Shown here: one piece after another, positions 37,364 to 50,526 of the stretch
Layout of the letters: each line of letters opens with the position of its first letter
How positions within the stretch are numbered: position 1 is the stretch's first letter
From: Octopus sinensis
Lineage: Eukaryota
DNA: 64,000 nt
Direction: 5' to 3'
Assembly: GCF_006345805.1 (NCBI RefSeq)
Contig: NC_043010.1
Location: 17,050,001 to 17,114,000, forward strand
The notes under the pieces: model-generated
Databases searched by the model: none
What the model was told of the DNA's origin: nothing
The model's input: only the letters and a program-made list of their open reading frames with translations
Made by a program: the position numbers and the translations under genes

Positions 37364-37579
37364 TAAAAAAAACAGGAAAACATTAGAGAAAAACAACGCG
37401 AGGGAGTGGTACATGCAAAGTATTAGCAGACGCTTGTATATGTGTGTGTATATATACGTATATATGTATATATATAATATATATATATATATATGTATAT
37501 ATGTGTATATATAAATATATATATATATGTATGTATGTCTATATATGTGTATATATGTCTATGTATATATATATATATA

Positions 37580-37764
37580 GGCGCAGGAGTGGCTGTGTGG
37601 TTGGTAGCTTGTTTACCAGCCACACGGTTCCAGGTTCAGTCCTACTGCGTGGCACCTTAGGCTAGTGTCTTCTACTATAGCCTCGGGCCGACCAAAGCCT
37701 TGTGAGTCGATTTGGTAGACGGAAACTGAAAGAAGCCCGCCGTATATATCCGTATATATGTATG

Positions 37765-37803
<39 letters not shown>

Positions 37804-38030
37804 CTGTGTGTGTGTGTGTGTGTATGAGTTTGTATGTCTGTGTTTGTCCCCCCAACATCGCTTGACAGCCGATGCTGGAGTGTTTATGTCCCCGTCACTT
37901 AGCGGTTCGGCAAAGAGACCGATAGAATAAGTACTGGGCTTACAAAGAATAAGTCCTGGGGTCGAGTTGCTTGATTAAAGGTGGTGCTCCAGCATGGCTG
38001 CAGTCAAATGACTGGAACAAGTAAAAGAAT
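37580..38030 (+). mobile_element. SINE family B, full length
   Basis: Colinear with 2981-3360. Confidence 0.9.
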
Positions 38031-38170
38031 AAAACTGATAATGTGTGTCTGTCTGTCTGTTTGTCTGTGTGTTTCCCTAAAACTTGAGAACTACACAACC
38101 AATTTCATTCAAATTTTACACATGCCTTACTTAAAGTCCGGGGAGTGTCATCGGCAAAAAAATTTTTAAC
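38031..38170 (+). mobile_element. Possible Helitron-type 5' segment with (GTCT)n
   Basis: aaaactgataatgtgtgtctgtctgtctg...caatttcattcaaattttacac resembles non-autonomous Helitron 5' regions; the terminal TC is not seen. Confidence 0.35.
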
Positions 38171-38417
38171 GTTTTGCCTAGGGTGACACCACAGCAATAT
38201 CATATCTTCTCCACTATTTCAGTATTACGTGTTAAAAGTGAAACACACTTTCATTTTAATACTGAAACTATTAAAGTGAAAGTATTATATAACAGGGATG
38301 AACCATTAATAAGTGGTCATCCATTTTGCTAGAAGAAGATCCGCTATGGTCTTATATGCTACACCACTGGTTTTCAATTCATATTAATCAAATTAATATT
38401 CAATTTTTCACCCTTAT

Positions 38418-38456
<39 letters not shown>

Positions 38457-39045
38457 TAGCAATTCGTATAAAATTGCATCAATGACTTGAACTTGAATAA
38501 GTGGTTTCACATAAATGGGGATACATTAAAAAGGTTTCTTGTTATTATTATTACTGTTTGACTATTGTAATCACGTTTGTTGGTTCCTCGTAAGGGAAAC
38601 GTTGTTGTGTTGCATTTGTTAAATAATTGTAAACCGTAGCCCTCCCCCTTTCGGAGAAGGGGCTTTGGTTATTGTTTAAAAATTGAATTGTGTCCCTGTT
38701 TGGGGAAATTGCCAATATTTTCACCGTCTTTACGGAAGCATTTTTGTTAAAATGCCTTCGATAGAAAAAGTCCCAAAATGAATTTCTCTGCAGCCGTACA
38801 CTTCTATACAAGAGGGAGGACAAGATCCAATTGATCGAAATTGCAAGAGACGGGCCTACAATTCCAGTCTGTTATATATTTTGAGTATTGTTATCACTAG
38901 CGATATCAAGATATAACTTTGTATTTTGTATTTTATGTGTAGATGTATATATATAGATGTACATGTAATATGTACGCATATATATACACATATATACATG
39001 CATAATATATCTACCCATACACACATACGCACACACACACACATA

Positions 39046-39185
39046 GGGGCAGGTGTGGCTGTGTGGTAACAAACTACGTTCCAAACACATGGTCCTGGGT
39101 TCAGTCCCACTGTGTGGTGACTTGGCATGTGCCTTCTGCTGTAGCCTCAGACCAACAAAAGCCTTCTCAGTGGATTTTGTACATA
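39046..39185 (+). mobile_element. SINE family B, 5' half, diverged
   Basis: ggggcaggtgtggctgtgtggtaac...ttcagtcccactgtgtggtgacttgg...tagcctcagacc. Confidence 0.75.
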
Positions 39186-39399
39186 TATACAGGCATACAT
39201 ACATATATATACATGCATACGTACATATTCGGCATAAACACTCTACCACTACAAATAATAACTGTTGGGAACACTTTCAAACCTGCCTTACATTCGAACC
39301 GGAATCTCAAAAACATTGTCCCCTTACATCTCATTCTCATTTCATTCCCAACACAGGGAAATAAAACTTACTTCTCACTACGGGACAATGGATGATGGT

Positions 39400-40851
39400 A
39401 ACAGATATTTACTACAGAACTATTCTTAACAGTGTACGCCAACGCGAGGGATGAATCTTCTTCCTCGATGCTCCTGGGGGGACAGGAAAAACATTTATTA
39501 CAAAGTTTTTCCTTGCAGAAGTTAGGCAGCATCAGGACATTGCAGTAGCTGTAGCCTCCTCTGGCATTGCAGCTACTTTGTTACCCGGTGGCAGGACAGC
39601 ACACTCAACTTTTAAACTCCCTCTCAATTTAGCAGCATCCGAAATGCCTTCATGCAACATCAACAAAAGCTCAGATCAGGGACAAGTACTTAAAATGTGT
39701 CATCTAATTGTATGGGATGAGTGCACTATGGCTCACAAGGGAGCTTTGGAAGCATTAGATAGAGCCCTGAAAGACATCCGAGACTGTCAGGCTCCAATGG
39801 GAGGTGTAACGCTTCTGTTGTCAGGTGATTTCAGGCAAACTCTTCCTGTCATTCCGAAAGGCACCAGAGCAGATGAAGTCCAAGCATGCCTAAAGTCCTC
39901 TACCCTGTGGCATCATGTTACAATCCTCAATCTCACCACTAACATGAGAGCTCAGCTACACGGTGACAAAATGTCCACAAAGTTTGCACAGGACATTTTG
40001 ACACTTGGTGAAGGCAAGGTGCCTCTCGATGCTGCAGGACAAATGGAAGTGTGGTCATTTTCCGCTGTTCTTAATTCTGTAGATGACCTCAAAAACAAAG
40101 TCTTTCCCAACTTCACACAAAACTACCAAAATCACAATTGGCTGTGTGAAAGAGCAATATTAGCTCAAAAAAACGTCGCTGTTAACAAAATTAATCAACA
40201 GCTAATGCATTCTCTTCTCGCCACTATACACACTTACAAGTCTGTTGATACAATTCCAGATATAAATGAAGTTGTGAACTATCCTCCTGAATTTCTCAAT
40301 TCACTGGAGCCTCCTGGACAACCTCCACACATATTAGCACTTAAAGTTGGAACTCCTGTAATGCTACTCTGCAATCTGGAACCACCAAGACTTTGCAATG
40401 GAACACGACTGGTGATAAAGAAAATGATGCCACACGTTATCGAGGCGATCATTCTTTCTGGATGTGGAAAAGGTGATGACGTCTTTATTCCAAGAATTCC
40501 TCTTACTCCATCAGGAGCAGAAATTCCATTTACATTCAGAAGACTGCAATTCCCCCTTCGTGTCAGCTTTGCCATGTCCATTAACAAATCTCAGGGTCAA
40601 ACTCTCTCTGTAACTGGTCTTCTCTTGGAAGAGCCCTGCTTCTCGCATGGGCAACTGTATGTTGGCTGCTCAAGAGTAGGAACCAAAAGAAACCTTTTTG
40701 TATATGCTCCACAAAGAAAAACAAGGAACGTTGTTTACAACGAGATGTTATAATCTCAACAGCCAGGAGGTATATACATGATCTCCTTTTTTTTTAACAA
40801 ACTTCATGTACTTTCATCTATTTATATTAATATACATATATGTGTGTTTGT

Positions 40852-40897
<46 letters not shown>

Positions 40898-40979
40898 GTG
40901 TGTGTGTGTCCATATATATAACAGAAAAATCTAATTCTTCAACTGAATGTAACCGGGCAACGCCGGGTATCTCTGCTAG
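39400..40979 (+). mobile_element. Helitron 3' portion with intact terminus
   Basis: The helicase is followed by accgggcaacgccgggtatctctgCTAG|T at 40952-40980, homologous to the termini at 16608 and 19083. Confidence 0.88.
39455..40753 (+). pseudogene. Helitron PIF1-like (SF1B) helicase domain, uninterrupted frame, Rep domain absent
   Basis: In frame with ORF 39578-40753 from just after a TGA at 39452: IFFLDAPGGTGKTF, ASSGIAATLL.GGRTAHS, IVWDEC, GDFRQ.LPV, LCNGTRL, RRLQFPLRVSFAMSINKSQGQTL, FSHGQLYVGCSRV. Confidence 0.92.
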
Positions 40980-40991
40980 TGTATATATAAT

Positions 40992-41036
<45 letters not shown>

Positions 41037-41037
<1 letters not shown>

Positions 41038-41116
41038 CACCGTGACTGACCAGGCTATCAGATGTCGCATTGTTTTAGCCTTCAAATGACACCATCCCGC
41101 TGGCTAAGCGAGCAGG

Positions 41117-41120
<4 letters not shown>
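41037..41120 (-). mobile_element. SINE family C, 3' fragment
   Basis: Reverse complement of ttggcctgctcgcttagccagcggg...gaaggctaaaacaatgcga...gtcacggtgat. Confidence 0.8.
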
Positions 41121-41182
<62 letters not shown>

Positions 41183-42419
41183 ATATACACGAGTGGACAA
41201 AGGAAAGATAAAGGCACTCAGCATATTTAGTAGGAGTTGCATATATTGTTATATAAAATTGTTTGAAATGGCTCTAAGCGACTTCTGCTTCCGTGAAAGA
41301 CTGACCATTCCCTACCAAATCTGCGGCCTCTACCAATAGGATATGCGAACAATCTTATTGCTGCTGCTCTCTGAGATACACCCTGTTGGTGAGCTTCAAG
41401 CCATCGAGACCCACGCAGACCCCCCCATAACCTTATGCATCCTCTCTAACACTCTATAATCACCTCCATAAACGCAAACACACACACATACACACACACT
41501 CATCTATGTATACACACACGCACGCGCGCACACACACAAGTACACACGCACACGCACACACACACGCACATACACATACGTACACACACACACGTATACA
41601 CACACGTACTCACTCGTATATACACATCTAGGCACAGTGAAGTGGTGAGGAAGTTCTTCTCATAATCATGTAATCCCAGGCTAAACCCCACGATGTGACG
41701 TTCCGAACAAGTTTCTTAACCGAATTCTTAGTCTGACTCCGTGCTTTCGGTGGAAACTGTGAGGAAGTCGCTCACGTGGACTGCCTTGTCACATCCTGTG
41801 TTACATCTTGTGTCACATCTTGTGCCACATCCTGTGTCACGCTATGCATTTGTAGATTATGTCAAGTTTGCACGAGTCTATGGAATGTCCAGTTACTTTC
41901 ACTTTCAGTTCTGCTGATCGAACTACTAAAGCATTCAACGTCGACAGCGACGAAGATCCGTTACCTAAACTTCTTTTCACAAATATATACATGTGTATGA
42001 GTGGTTGTATATATGTGTATGTCTATATATGGGTATGTGTGCATGTCTGAATGTGTATGTGTATGTGTGTGTGTAGGTAATTGTGTTCATGTCTGTATAT
42101 TGATGTGTGTATCTATATGCTTATGGATGTGTGTGTGTGTTTGTGCATGTATGTGTGTGTGTGTGTACATGTGTCTAAATGTGCATGTATGTGTGTGTGT
42201 GCGTATGTGTCTAAATAAATGTGTGCTTGTATGTAGATTGACATGTAAGCGTGTGTATGTGTGTATGTGTTGCGTCTGTGCGTGTATGCGTATGTGTATA
42301 CCTGTACCTAATAACTTTATCTTACTCGTATTACATCCACCCATCATCAGATAGTTTGATCTATATATCGATTAATAATCACCAATAACGACGTACATTG
42401 AATTTCAATAAGAATGAGG

Positions 42420-42452
<33 letters not shown>

Positions 42453-42716
42453 TTACAAGCAGATACTAATATACACAGTAATACAAACACACTAACACAC
42501 ACACACACACATACACACACTTACAAGCAGATACTAATATACACAGTAATACAAACACACTAACACACACTCACACACACACAGACACACACACATGCTA
42601 ATACGCAGTAAAGTACACACACATCACCACCACCACCACCCCAAACCTTGCCTCGACCATCAATCCTTCAACTCTACCGTCTTAGACACACCCCTCACCA
42701 CCACCACCACCACCAC

Positions 42717-43100
42717 CATTCCCACCTGTCGACTCTTAATTGGAATAGATTAATTTCTATTAATTACCTTCTTGACCTAATCTTGCCTGGATAGTGGTGA
42801 TATTTCAGTATCACCACCGCCTCCGCCACACTCACCATCACCACCACCACCACCATCGCTACCACTACCACCACCACAACCACCACCACCACCACCACCA
42901 CCACCACCACCACCACACCATTCCCACCTGTCGACTCTTAATTGGAATAGATTAATTTCTATTAATTACCTTCTTGACCTAATCTTGCCTGGATAGTGGT
43001 GATATTTCAGTATCACCACCGCCTCCGCCACACTCACCATCACCACCACCACCACCATCGCTACCACTACCACCACCACAACCACCACCACCACCACCAC
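42717..43100. repeat. Near-perfect 202-bp tandem duplication within (CCA)n
   Basis: cattcccacctgtcgactc...gctaccactacc starts at both 42717 and 42919. Confidence 0.9.
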
Positions 43101-43749
43101 CACCACCACCACCACCACCACAGCAGTCTCTTCTACTACCACTAACACCATTGATACCATTTTTACTGCCACCACCATTGACGGCAGTAAGATAACATTT
43201 AACACTTGTACAATCTTGACTCCTACCATCACCACCACCGCTACCAATGTCCCCAACACCATCCTACAAACCCCAACCACTCCTGTTAACAGCCCATCTT
43301 CTTCACCCGCCTCCCACCATCTTCAACACCATCACGGTCATCATGACTACCACACTACCATCATCACCTCCTCCACCACCAGCATCATTATTGCTATTAC
43401 TTACATATCCACCATCGCTTTCCGCAACACCATCAATTAACCACCACCACCTCCACCATCATAGTCACGTGAACCCTAAAAGGCGGTCGATTGAAGAAAC
43501 AATAAAAAATCCCCTAAAAATGGTGCATTTGTCTCCTTGATTAACCTTTAATTTTCTCCTTCTATTTTATGTCCCTTTGTTTTACCCCTATATTTAAACC
43601 GTAAACGTAATGCTTTAACAGATTTTACTATCATCCGCCTTACTATCGACTTGTCTTTAACACCAGGTGGTTCTCAATGGAGACAGCTTGTCTATTTTCT
43701 CATTGAGAAATCGTGAAGGTCACACGCTTCAAAAGATACAACGATTATT

Positions 43750-45057
43750 TATTTTTATATGAAAACTCCCAGCTTATTTTGCTGGATATAATCGAAAGTG
43801 TCAACTGTCCACAGCCAGCAGACTAAGGTGACACTTGTTTACTAATCATGCTTCAACAACCCTGCGAAGGACTGTTTCAATCCCAAGCGATGCTGATTTT
43901 TGTAGGTGTTCTCTCTTTGCATTTGTATCAGTCTTTTTCAGCCATGTTGGTAGCTGAGTGCTGATACTTCCAAGTGCACCAATTACTATTGGCATCATGT
44001 CTGCTCTCCTCATTGAACACATCCTTCTTATTTCCCTACTTCAAATTTTCCTAGTTGTTCAGTTTTTCTTCTTTCTCTTTCATCCCGTTGTCACCGGGAC
44101 AGGCTATGTCGATTATCATATAGGTTCTTCCTTTCTTTATTCACTACAACAATGTCCGGGTCCCGATGTCTGGTCAGGTGACCACACTGAATCATTGCAT
44201 CCCACAGGATTTTGCAATCTTTATTCTCGGTGACTCCTTCTGGGGTTTTATCATACCACGTCTTTGCTCTTTGCAGGCCATGATTTCCACAGACCTCTTA
44301 ATGGATCATTCTTGCCCACATTGTCATGTTGTCTGTTGTATTCGCGTTGTGCCAATTTCGGAAATTCGCTAACGATGTGCCATACCGCTTCGCCCCTCGC
44401 GCCACACATTCTGCTTTTATCACCGTCGGTAATGTTGTCTATTCTGCACTTCACATAGTTAGTTCATAACGCTTGTTCTTATGCTGTGCATATGAGTGCT
44501 TCTGTCTCTATCTTCAGGTCATTCCGCCTCATCCATAGCCACCAGTCTTCTGTATATGTCTTGGCGTCCGTAGCTCTTGCAAATTGACCGTACATTTTTT
44601 CTCCTTCCATGCTGTTAATTTTTTTCTTTTAGTTATTTTCCTCCTAAGTTTTTCTTTCTTTTCACGATTATCAGTTTTAATGACGCCGGACTTCTTCACA
44701 TGTTTCAACAATGGTTTCACGCTATTTTCTACATACCACCTTATGCTGTTTCCTCTGCTTTGATTCGATCCTGGCTACTGGTCAAACCTCTCTCACCCTT
44801 TCTTCTGGACAACTACAGCCTAACGGTGTCACTCTTAGCGGAGGGCTCCGTGCACTGTCAATATTTTTCTTGTCTTCGTATCCATGTTCATCAGTTCTTT
44901 CTTTAGCCCTATTATGATTCCAGCTCAATACCAAAGTGATGCTATCGTCCATGTATTAACTACTTGGATTTTATTCCATCCGGTCGATTTTGAGCGCAAT
45001 ATAATCTTTGTCTTCGGAAATATTCCATCCTCAGTTGTTCTTTTATTTCCGTCTGTA
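43750..45057 (-). mobile_element. R4/Dong-clade element, 3' part (post-RT, zinc knuckle, RLE, UTR)
   Basis: Minus frames: EIKEQLRMEY, KILTVHGAL..SDT.RL..SR..G.RGL, W.EK, HIVS...LAQREY.R.HDNV, KILWD, PDIVVV, IIDIACPGD, PIVIGALG; the 5' end abuts (ATA)n on the sense strand. Confidence 0.85.
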
Positions 45058-45130
<73 letters not shown>

Positions 45131-45229
45131 TGTAAGATATTTTATTAGTTGAACGATATTTCAACAGTACGTCTGTCTTTGTCAAGTTCAAAATAAGAAG
45201 TGATAAAAATAATAATAATAATAACAACT

Positions 45230-46630
45230 TAACAAAACGAAAAATACTGGACCAAAAGAACCATGGTGGAAACGACGCATTGAAAGGGACATAATGCAGG
45301 CAAGGTAAGAGCTAGGAAAAACTGAGCAACGGTTAAGAGGAAACTGGGAAAATGGGAAAAAAACCGACCTAGAAAAATTAGAGAAGAAATATAAAATGCG
45401 GAAGAACGGGTTTGATGCAATAACAGAGCAGTTAAAATAGAGGATCGTGGCAAAAAGCCAGAAGATAGAAGATTTGTGAACAGAAATAAGCAGTTCGAGG
45501 AGAACAGATTGTTCAAAAAATAACCCGAAGCAATTCTTCCGAATGTTAGAAGGAGACGGTGGGGAAAATGTTGCTCCTGAGGCAAATCAAGCCAAGGTGT
45601 TCTGGAGCAGATTATGGGGAAACAATGTGGTGCATAAAAGGGATGCAATGTGGATAGGAACTATCAAGATAGAATTACAAGGAGGAAAGAAACAAAGGAA
45701 TATTGTCATAAGAACGGGTGATGTGAAAGAACAAGTGGGTAAAGTGCTTAACTGGAAAGCTCCTGGATCAGATGGGATTCATGGCTTCTGGCTGAAGAGA
45801 TACTACGCGGTACCTGAAAGACCATCAGCTAAGTTGAATGAGTGTGTCCAGAAAGGTACAGTCCCCGCGTGGATTGTGACTGGGATGACAACACTTGTAA
45901 TGAAAGATAGAAAAAAGGGGAATATTGTGGGAAACTACTGTCCCATAACATGCCTAAACATAATCTGGAAGATACTCACTGGAATATGTGCGGCAAAGAC
46001 ATGCACTTTCCTGGCACAGGAAGAAATACTACCAAGGGAACAAAAAGGATGTAGGAAGAGTTCTCAGGGTACCAAGGATCACCTGGTCATCGATAAAACA
46101 GTTTTGAGACATTGTAAAAAACATCATACAAACATGACTATGGCTTGGATTGACTTTAAGAAGGCAAATGATACGATGCTTCATTCTTGGATCGTTGAAT
46201 GCCTGCAGATGTTTGGTGTTGCTGACAACATCACAAGTTTTCTGATGCATAGCAGGAAAGAGTGGGAAAACCAAATTGTACTCAAGTAATGTATTCCTTG
46301 GAGAAGTTAATATTAAAAGGGGAATCTTCCAGGGTGACTCGTTTTCTCCGTTACTATTTGTTATTGCACTAATACCCATAACAATGACACTTAGGAAAGT
46401 TAAGATGGGTTACCGACGTGGGAAGAAAGGCCCATCATTATTTATGGATGACCTGAAAATGTTTGGGAAATCTGAAAAAAACAGATAGATTCCTTAACCA
46501 AAACAGTCCAGAAGTGTGGTAGGGACATCGGTATGGAATTTGGGATTACCAAATGCTCAGTACTTAATAGAAAAAGAGGGAAGAAAGCATCCTGCAGAGG
46601 ATTGCGGTTACCATCAGGAGAGATGGATAC
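45230..46630 (+). pseudogene. R4/Dong-clade RT, N-terminal part
   Basis: NWKAPGSDGIHGFWLK, NYCPITCL..IWK, EQKGCRK.SQGTKDHL.ID, AWIDFKKA.D, GIFQGDSFSPLLF, FMDDLKMFGK; preceded by a short (AAT)n. Confidence 0.88.
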
Positions 46631-46779
46631 ACAAGCAAACTTACCTCCACCTCTCTCACATCGGATCTTTCCCGACATGAAAATATTTTGTGAGGAGGAG
46701 GGACAATCAAGCAAAAAGAAAGACAACAAAAACACAGCTGCACCCATTCTGACCGAACCAAGACATCCTCATCGAAGCC

Positions 46780-46930
46780 ACACCCATGCCCTTCTCTTCA
46801 ATTCTGTATGAACTGACACTAGAATTGCAACTACAGAAGCTGGAGATGTCGTGAGACATCCTGCGAGAATTGGGATGCAGAACACCTGTGTTTGCATAAG
46901 CGGACGACGTCACCGTTGGAGGAGATGGCA
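46780..46930 (+). pseudogene. L1/Tx1-like RT relic
   Basis: PFSSILYELTLE...KLE followed by PVFA*ADDVTV (YADD with Tyr mutated to a stop). Confidence 0.5.
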
Positions 46931-47196
46931 TCGTTCTCGGTTCTCAGGTGATGGGCAGGATGTCGAAAGACTCATTTTTCCAGCGATGGTCAGTAAGGGT
47001 GAGAAATTAAGGAAGCGATGTGTCCACAGCAACAGAACAACAACGTCCTTCATTGAACTTTCATACGACAAAAAATCTCTCCAGTTCTAGGTTTATCGAG
47101 GATTCAGGCAAAGAAGATAATCCGAATTTTATTGTATTTTGTTGCAACATATTAATGGGAATCGAACTTTTCTAATTGAGTTTTTTCAACATAGAT

Positions 47197-47570
47197 GGAG
47201 GTGCAAGTTTAGCTCTGTGATTAAGAAATTCGTTTCGCAACCACGAGGCTTTGGGTTCAGTCCCACTGTACTGCACATTGCGCAAGTGTCTTCTATAGTC
47301 CCGGGCCGACCAATGTCTTGTGAGTGAATTTGGTAGACGAGAAAATGTATGGAATCCCGCCATATATGTATGTGTGAGGATCTGGGTTTGTTCCACACTG
47401 TTTGACAGTGTTGTTTTGTTTACATCCCCGTAACTTAAATGGTTCCACAAACGAGATCGATAGAATAAGTGTCAGGCCTCAAAAAATAAGTACTGCGACC
47501 GATTTGCTCGACTGATCCTACAAGGCACTGCTCCAGCATGACCGTTATTCAATACCTGGAACCAATAAAA
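47197..47570 (+). mobile_element. SINE family B, old diverged copy
   Basis: ttcagtcccactgtactgcacattgcgcaagtgtcttctatag...catccccgtaactt...ctccagcatgacc. Confidence 0.8.
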
Positions 47571-47989
47571 CACTAAATAATTATAGGAACAAACTCGATG
47601 GAGAGTAGAATCTTAAACTCCACCGTTTTAACTCCTGGTTTTAACAAACTGATCTTCCATAATAACAAACAGCGTCGTCTTTCACGTAAACAATCATCTC
47701 CAGCATCGCTTTTACAGTTTTCAGTTTCTTCAAATACTTTTTTCAATAAAGACGGGTTTCATTTACATCTTATTCCCGCAATTTAATTTAGTAAACTGTA
47801 GAATTTAATCCCTTTATTAATGACAAGCAAAAGCACTACCATCCGGGCGGTTTCCCCGGTGTTATATGTGTGAGTGTGGGGTGAGAGTGTATGTATTTTT
47901 TCTCTGAGAAAACTAAAAACATTTACGAGGTACAAAATAATTCAAGCATACAGCAGCTCGATGATAGCACAAAAACTATATGAAAGCCA

Positions 47990-48720
47990 ACCCAGAGATG
48001 TAAACAAACTTAACTTAAGAACAAAAGACATAGTAATTCATGACAAGATAGAAATATTAGCCAAGTGTGATAAGATTTTTATTACGATCGAGTATCATGC
48101 GAATAACTTTGCATCTAGCACAAAATGTAGGTTAATAAACCTGTTTAAGTCTGGCGTCTGTTTTATTAACAAAAATATTCTAAGATTAATAAAATAAGAA
48201 TATTCCCCAGTCTTGCCCAGTTGAGCTTTATTAGTGTAGTTATAACTTGTTTCGATAAAATACTTATAAAGTCAATGCTAGATTTACCAAAGTTTGACAT
48301 TGTAGAGTCGTATCCATTAATCTCTGGAAAGAGTTATTAAATGAGGACTGGATTTTGCAACGAGACACTAGATTTTGCAAAATTTTATAGCACAATAAAC
48401 GATTGTAACATAAAAATTTAAATGCATGCTAAGTAGACCTGAGTCAAAAAATCTGACCTAGATGGTTCGTTTGATGTAAACAAGGGGGCGTTTGGATAGC
48501 ACTGACAACTATGATACCAGACGATTATATAGATTAGATATCTTAAAGGAAATAATATCCGTACAGAGATAACCCATTAGCTATCTCTAACAATGCAAAT
48601 GGGAAAATATCGGTCTGGTTAAGGAATTACATAAACGAAACATGCAGAGCTTCAGGCCTAAAACTTATACAGAAACTAATTAACAATTGTTAATTTCCCA
48701 GATTTCACATTGATTTAGAG
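47990..48720 (+). pseudogene. Penelope-like (Naiad-type) RT relic
   Basis: FITIEYHANNF..STKCRLIN.FKS, FDIVESYP.IS, GSFDV..G.F and ETN..IVNF.D resemble the AFITLKDHK..KCRLINP, FDI..FYPSI and FDV.MG motifs; heavily frameshifted. Confidence 0.65.
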
Positions 48721-49264
48721 AAGTAAATTAATTGTTGCTGTTGTGTTTGTCTAACAGAAGTTCAGTGTTGTAATTCAAGTTAAAGTCGAGAAATGGCTTC
48801 AGTTCAGATTGAATTAAGATTTGAAATTCCTGGGGCCTATAAAGACCGAGCAAGTTTGGAGAGCAAATCGTACTCCATTTGGGGTCCCATGTTGGAAACA
48901 CCGCTCCATTAGGATCTTTGTGGTGGAAATATAAAACAAAGGGTAAATGGGTTATGCTTATTTAACCGATTCAATCCCTTTGCTCCCATTGATGGCAAGG
49001 TTTCATAAGGCATCGACCACCAAAGATTTTCTCCGCTGTTCTTCATCTTTGGGATCCCTAAAGGGATACTAACGTAAAACTTACATAAATACAGGTTCGT
49101 GCCACTTCTTTTAATTTTTAGAAAACTTAGTAAACAGTATCTGTCAAAAATTTTCCTGTACGTCTTGTGGTAAGAATAACTTTGTTGAACCAGCCTCTTG
49201 CTACACTGACGCTCTTAGAGCGATCGAATTCAAGGTTTAAAATCGCCTTTCCCACTAAATGAGG

Positions 49265-49400
49265 AGTTGGATTCTGGAATGCACGAATTCTTCTGGTGGC
49301 GGTTCTTGAGCCGAGAAACAAACGACTGTTGTCACAGGTTTTAAACAAATACTACGTTGATGTTGTTAGTGAAACTTGTATTTCTGGGGGTCAACTGGAA
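49265..49400 (+). pseudogene. RTE-type AP endonuclease N-terminal relic
   Basis: GFWNARILL....EPRNKRLLSQVLNKYYVDVVSETCISGGQLE parallels WNVRTL...ERRTAL..EL.RY.IDI..SETR..G.GQL.E. Confidence 0.5.
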
Positions 49401-50245
49401 GGATGTCATAACACCAGTTCCATGTTGAGTTATAGTTCTGATGATCTAATGCATCATGATGATGAAAGAGAGCAGCTGCTAATACACAACCCTGTTTCAC
49501 ACCACCTGTGACAGACAATGATACAGATATGTCTTCACTATAGCAACATTCTTTTATAGTTGTTTATTATAACATTTTCGTTCGCCTTGCCATATCTGCG
49601 TATTGCTACATTGATGTTGATCTCGAAGCCTCACATCCTATGGACCGTTTATAATGATCACTGTAGCTCACACTGCTACGGTGATTTATTGATCAATGGA
49701 GAATGTAAATAAAAACCATTGTTAATTGTTATCCCACAGTTTTGTGTCTGATCGTCTGAATTTATAATTAGCAAGAATAATTAACAAGAAGTAGACAGAG
49801 AGAAAGACATGAAGAGAGAGGGATGGGGAGTGAGGGAGGGAGATGTAGGAGACGGGGAAATGGAAGAAGTGGGCGGAAGAAGTGATATTGAAGTAAGAAT
49901 AAGAGCAATAATGTAGTAGGAGGCAAGAAAAGATAATTGATGAGGTAATGGGGCGGGGGGAGTGTCGTAGTGATGGCAAAGGACGACAACAAAGACAGCA
50001 TAAAAACAGCAACAATATGGAAGATGAAGACGAGGAAAGGGGAGACAACCGAGCTGCAAACGTTCAAGAAGAACGCTCTATAATCATATCACGAAAAGAA
50101 AAATTGATAACGTAAGTTGCTGTGTATTTGTTTGATAGGTGGCGCTTAAGAAGCAGGCTTTTGGGTTCATTGAAGGAGCGGTTACCAATAGCAACGATGA
50201 CGACGTCTTTTTGCGTGTTTTTGTGTGTGTGTGTTTGTGTGATAA

Positions 50246-50311
<66 letters not shown>

Positions 50312-50494
50312 GAAAATGTTAATGGTGATGATGATCCCGTTTTTATAAAATCCTGTAATAGTAATAAATAGATAAACAAAGAAAGAAATACGTGAATAAA
50401 TCAAAGAAATCGGATAAAAAAAAGCAGACGATAGAAATGAATGAAACGAAAGTAATTAAGAGAGGTGTCGGGCGGGGTGGGTGGAGTAGGTAGT

Positions 50495-50526
<32 letters not shown>

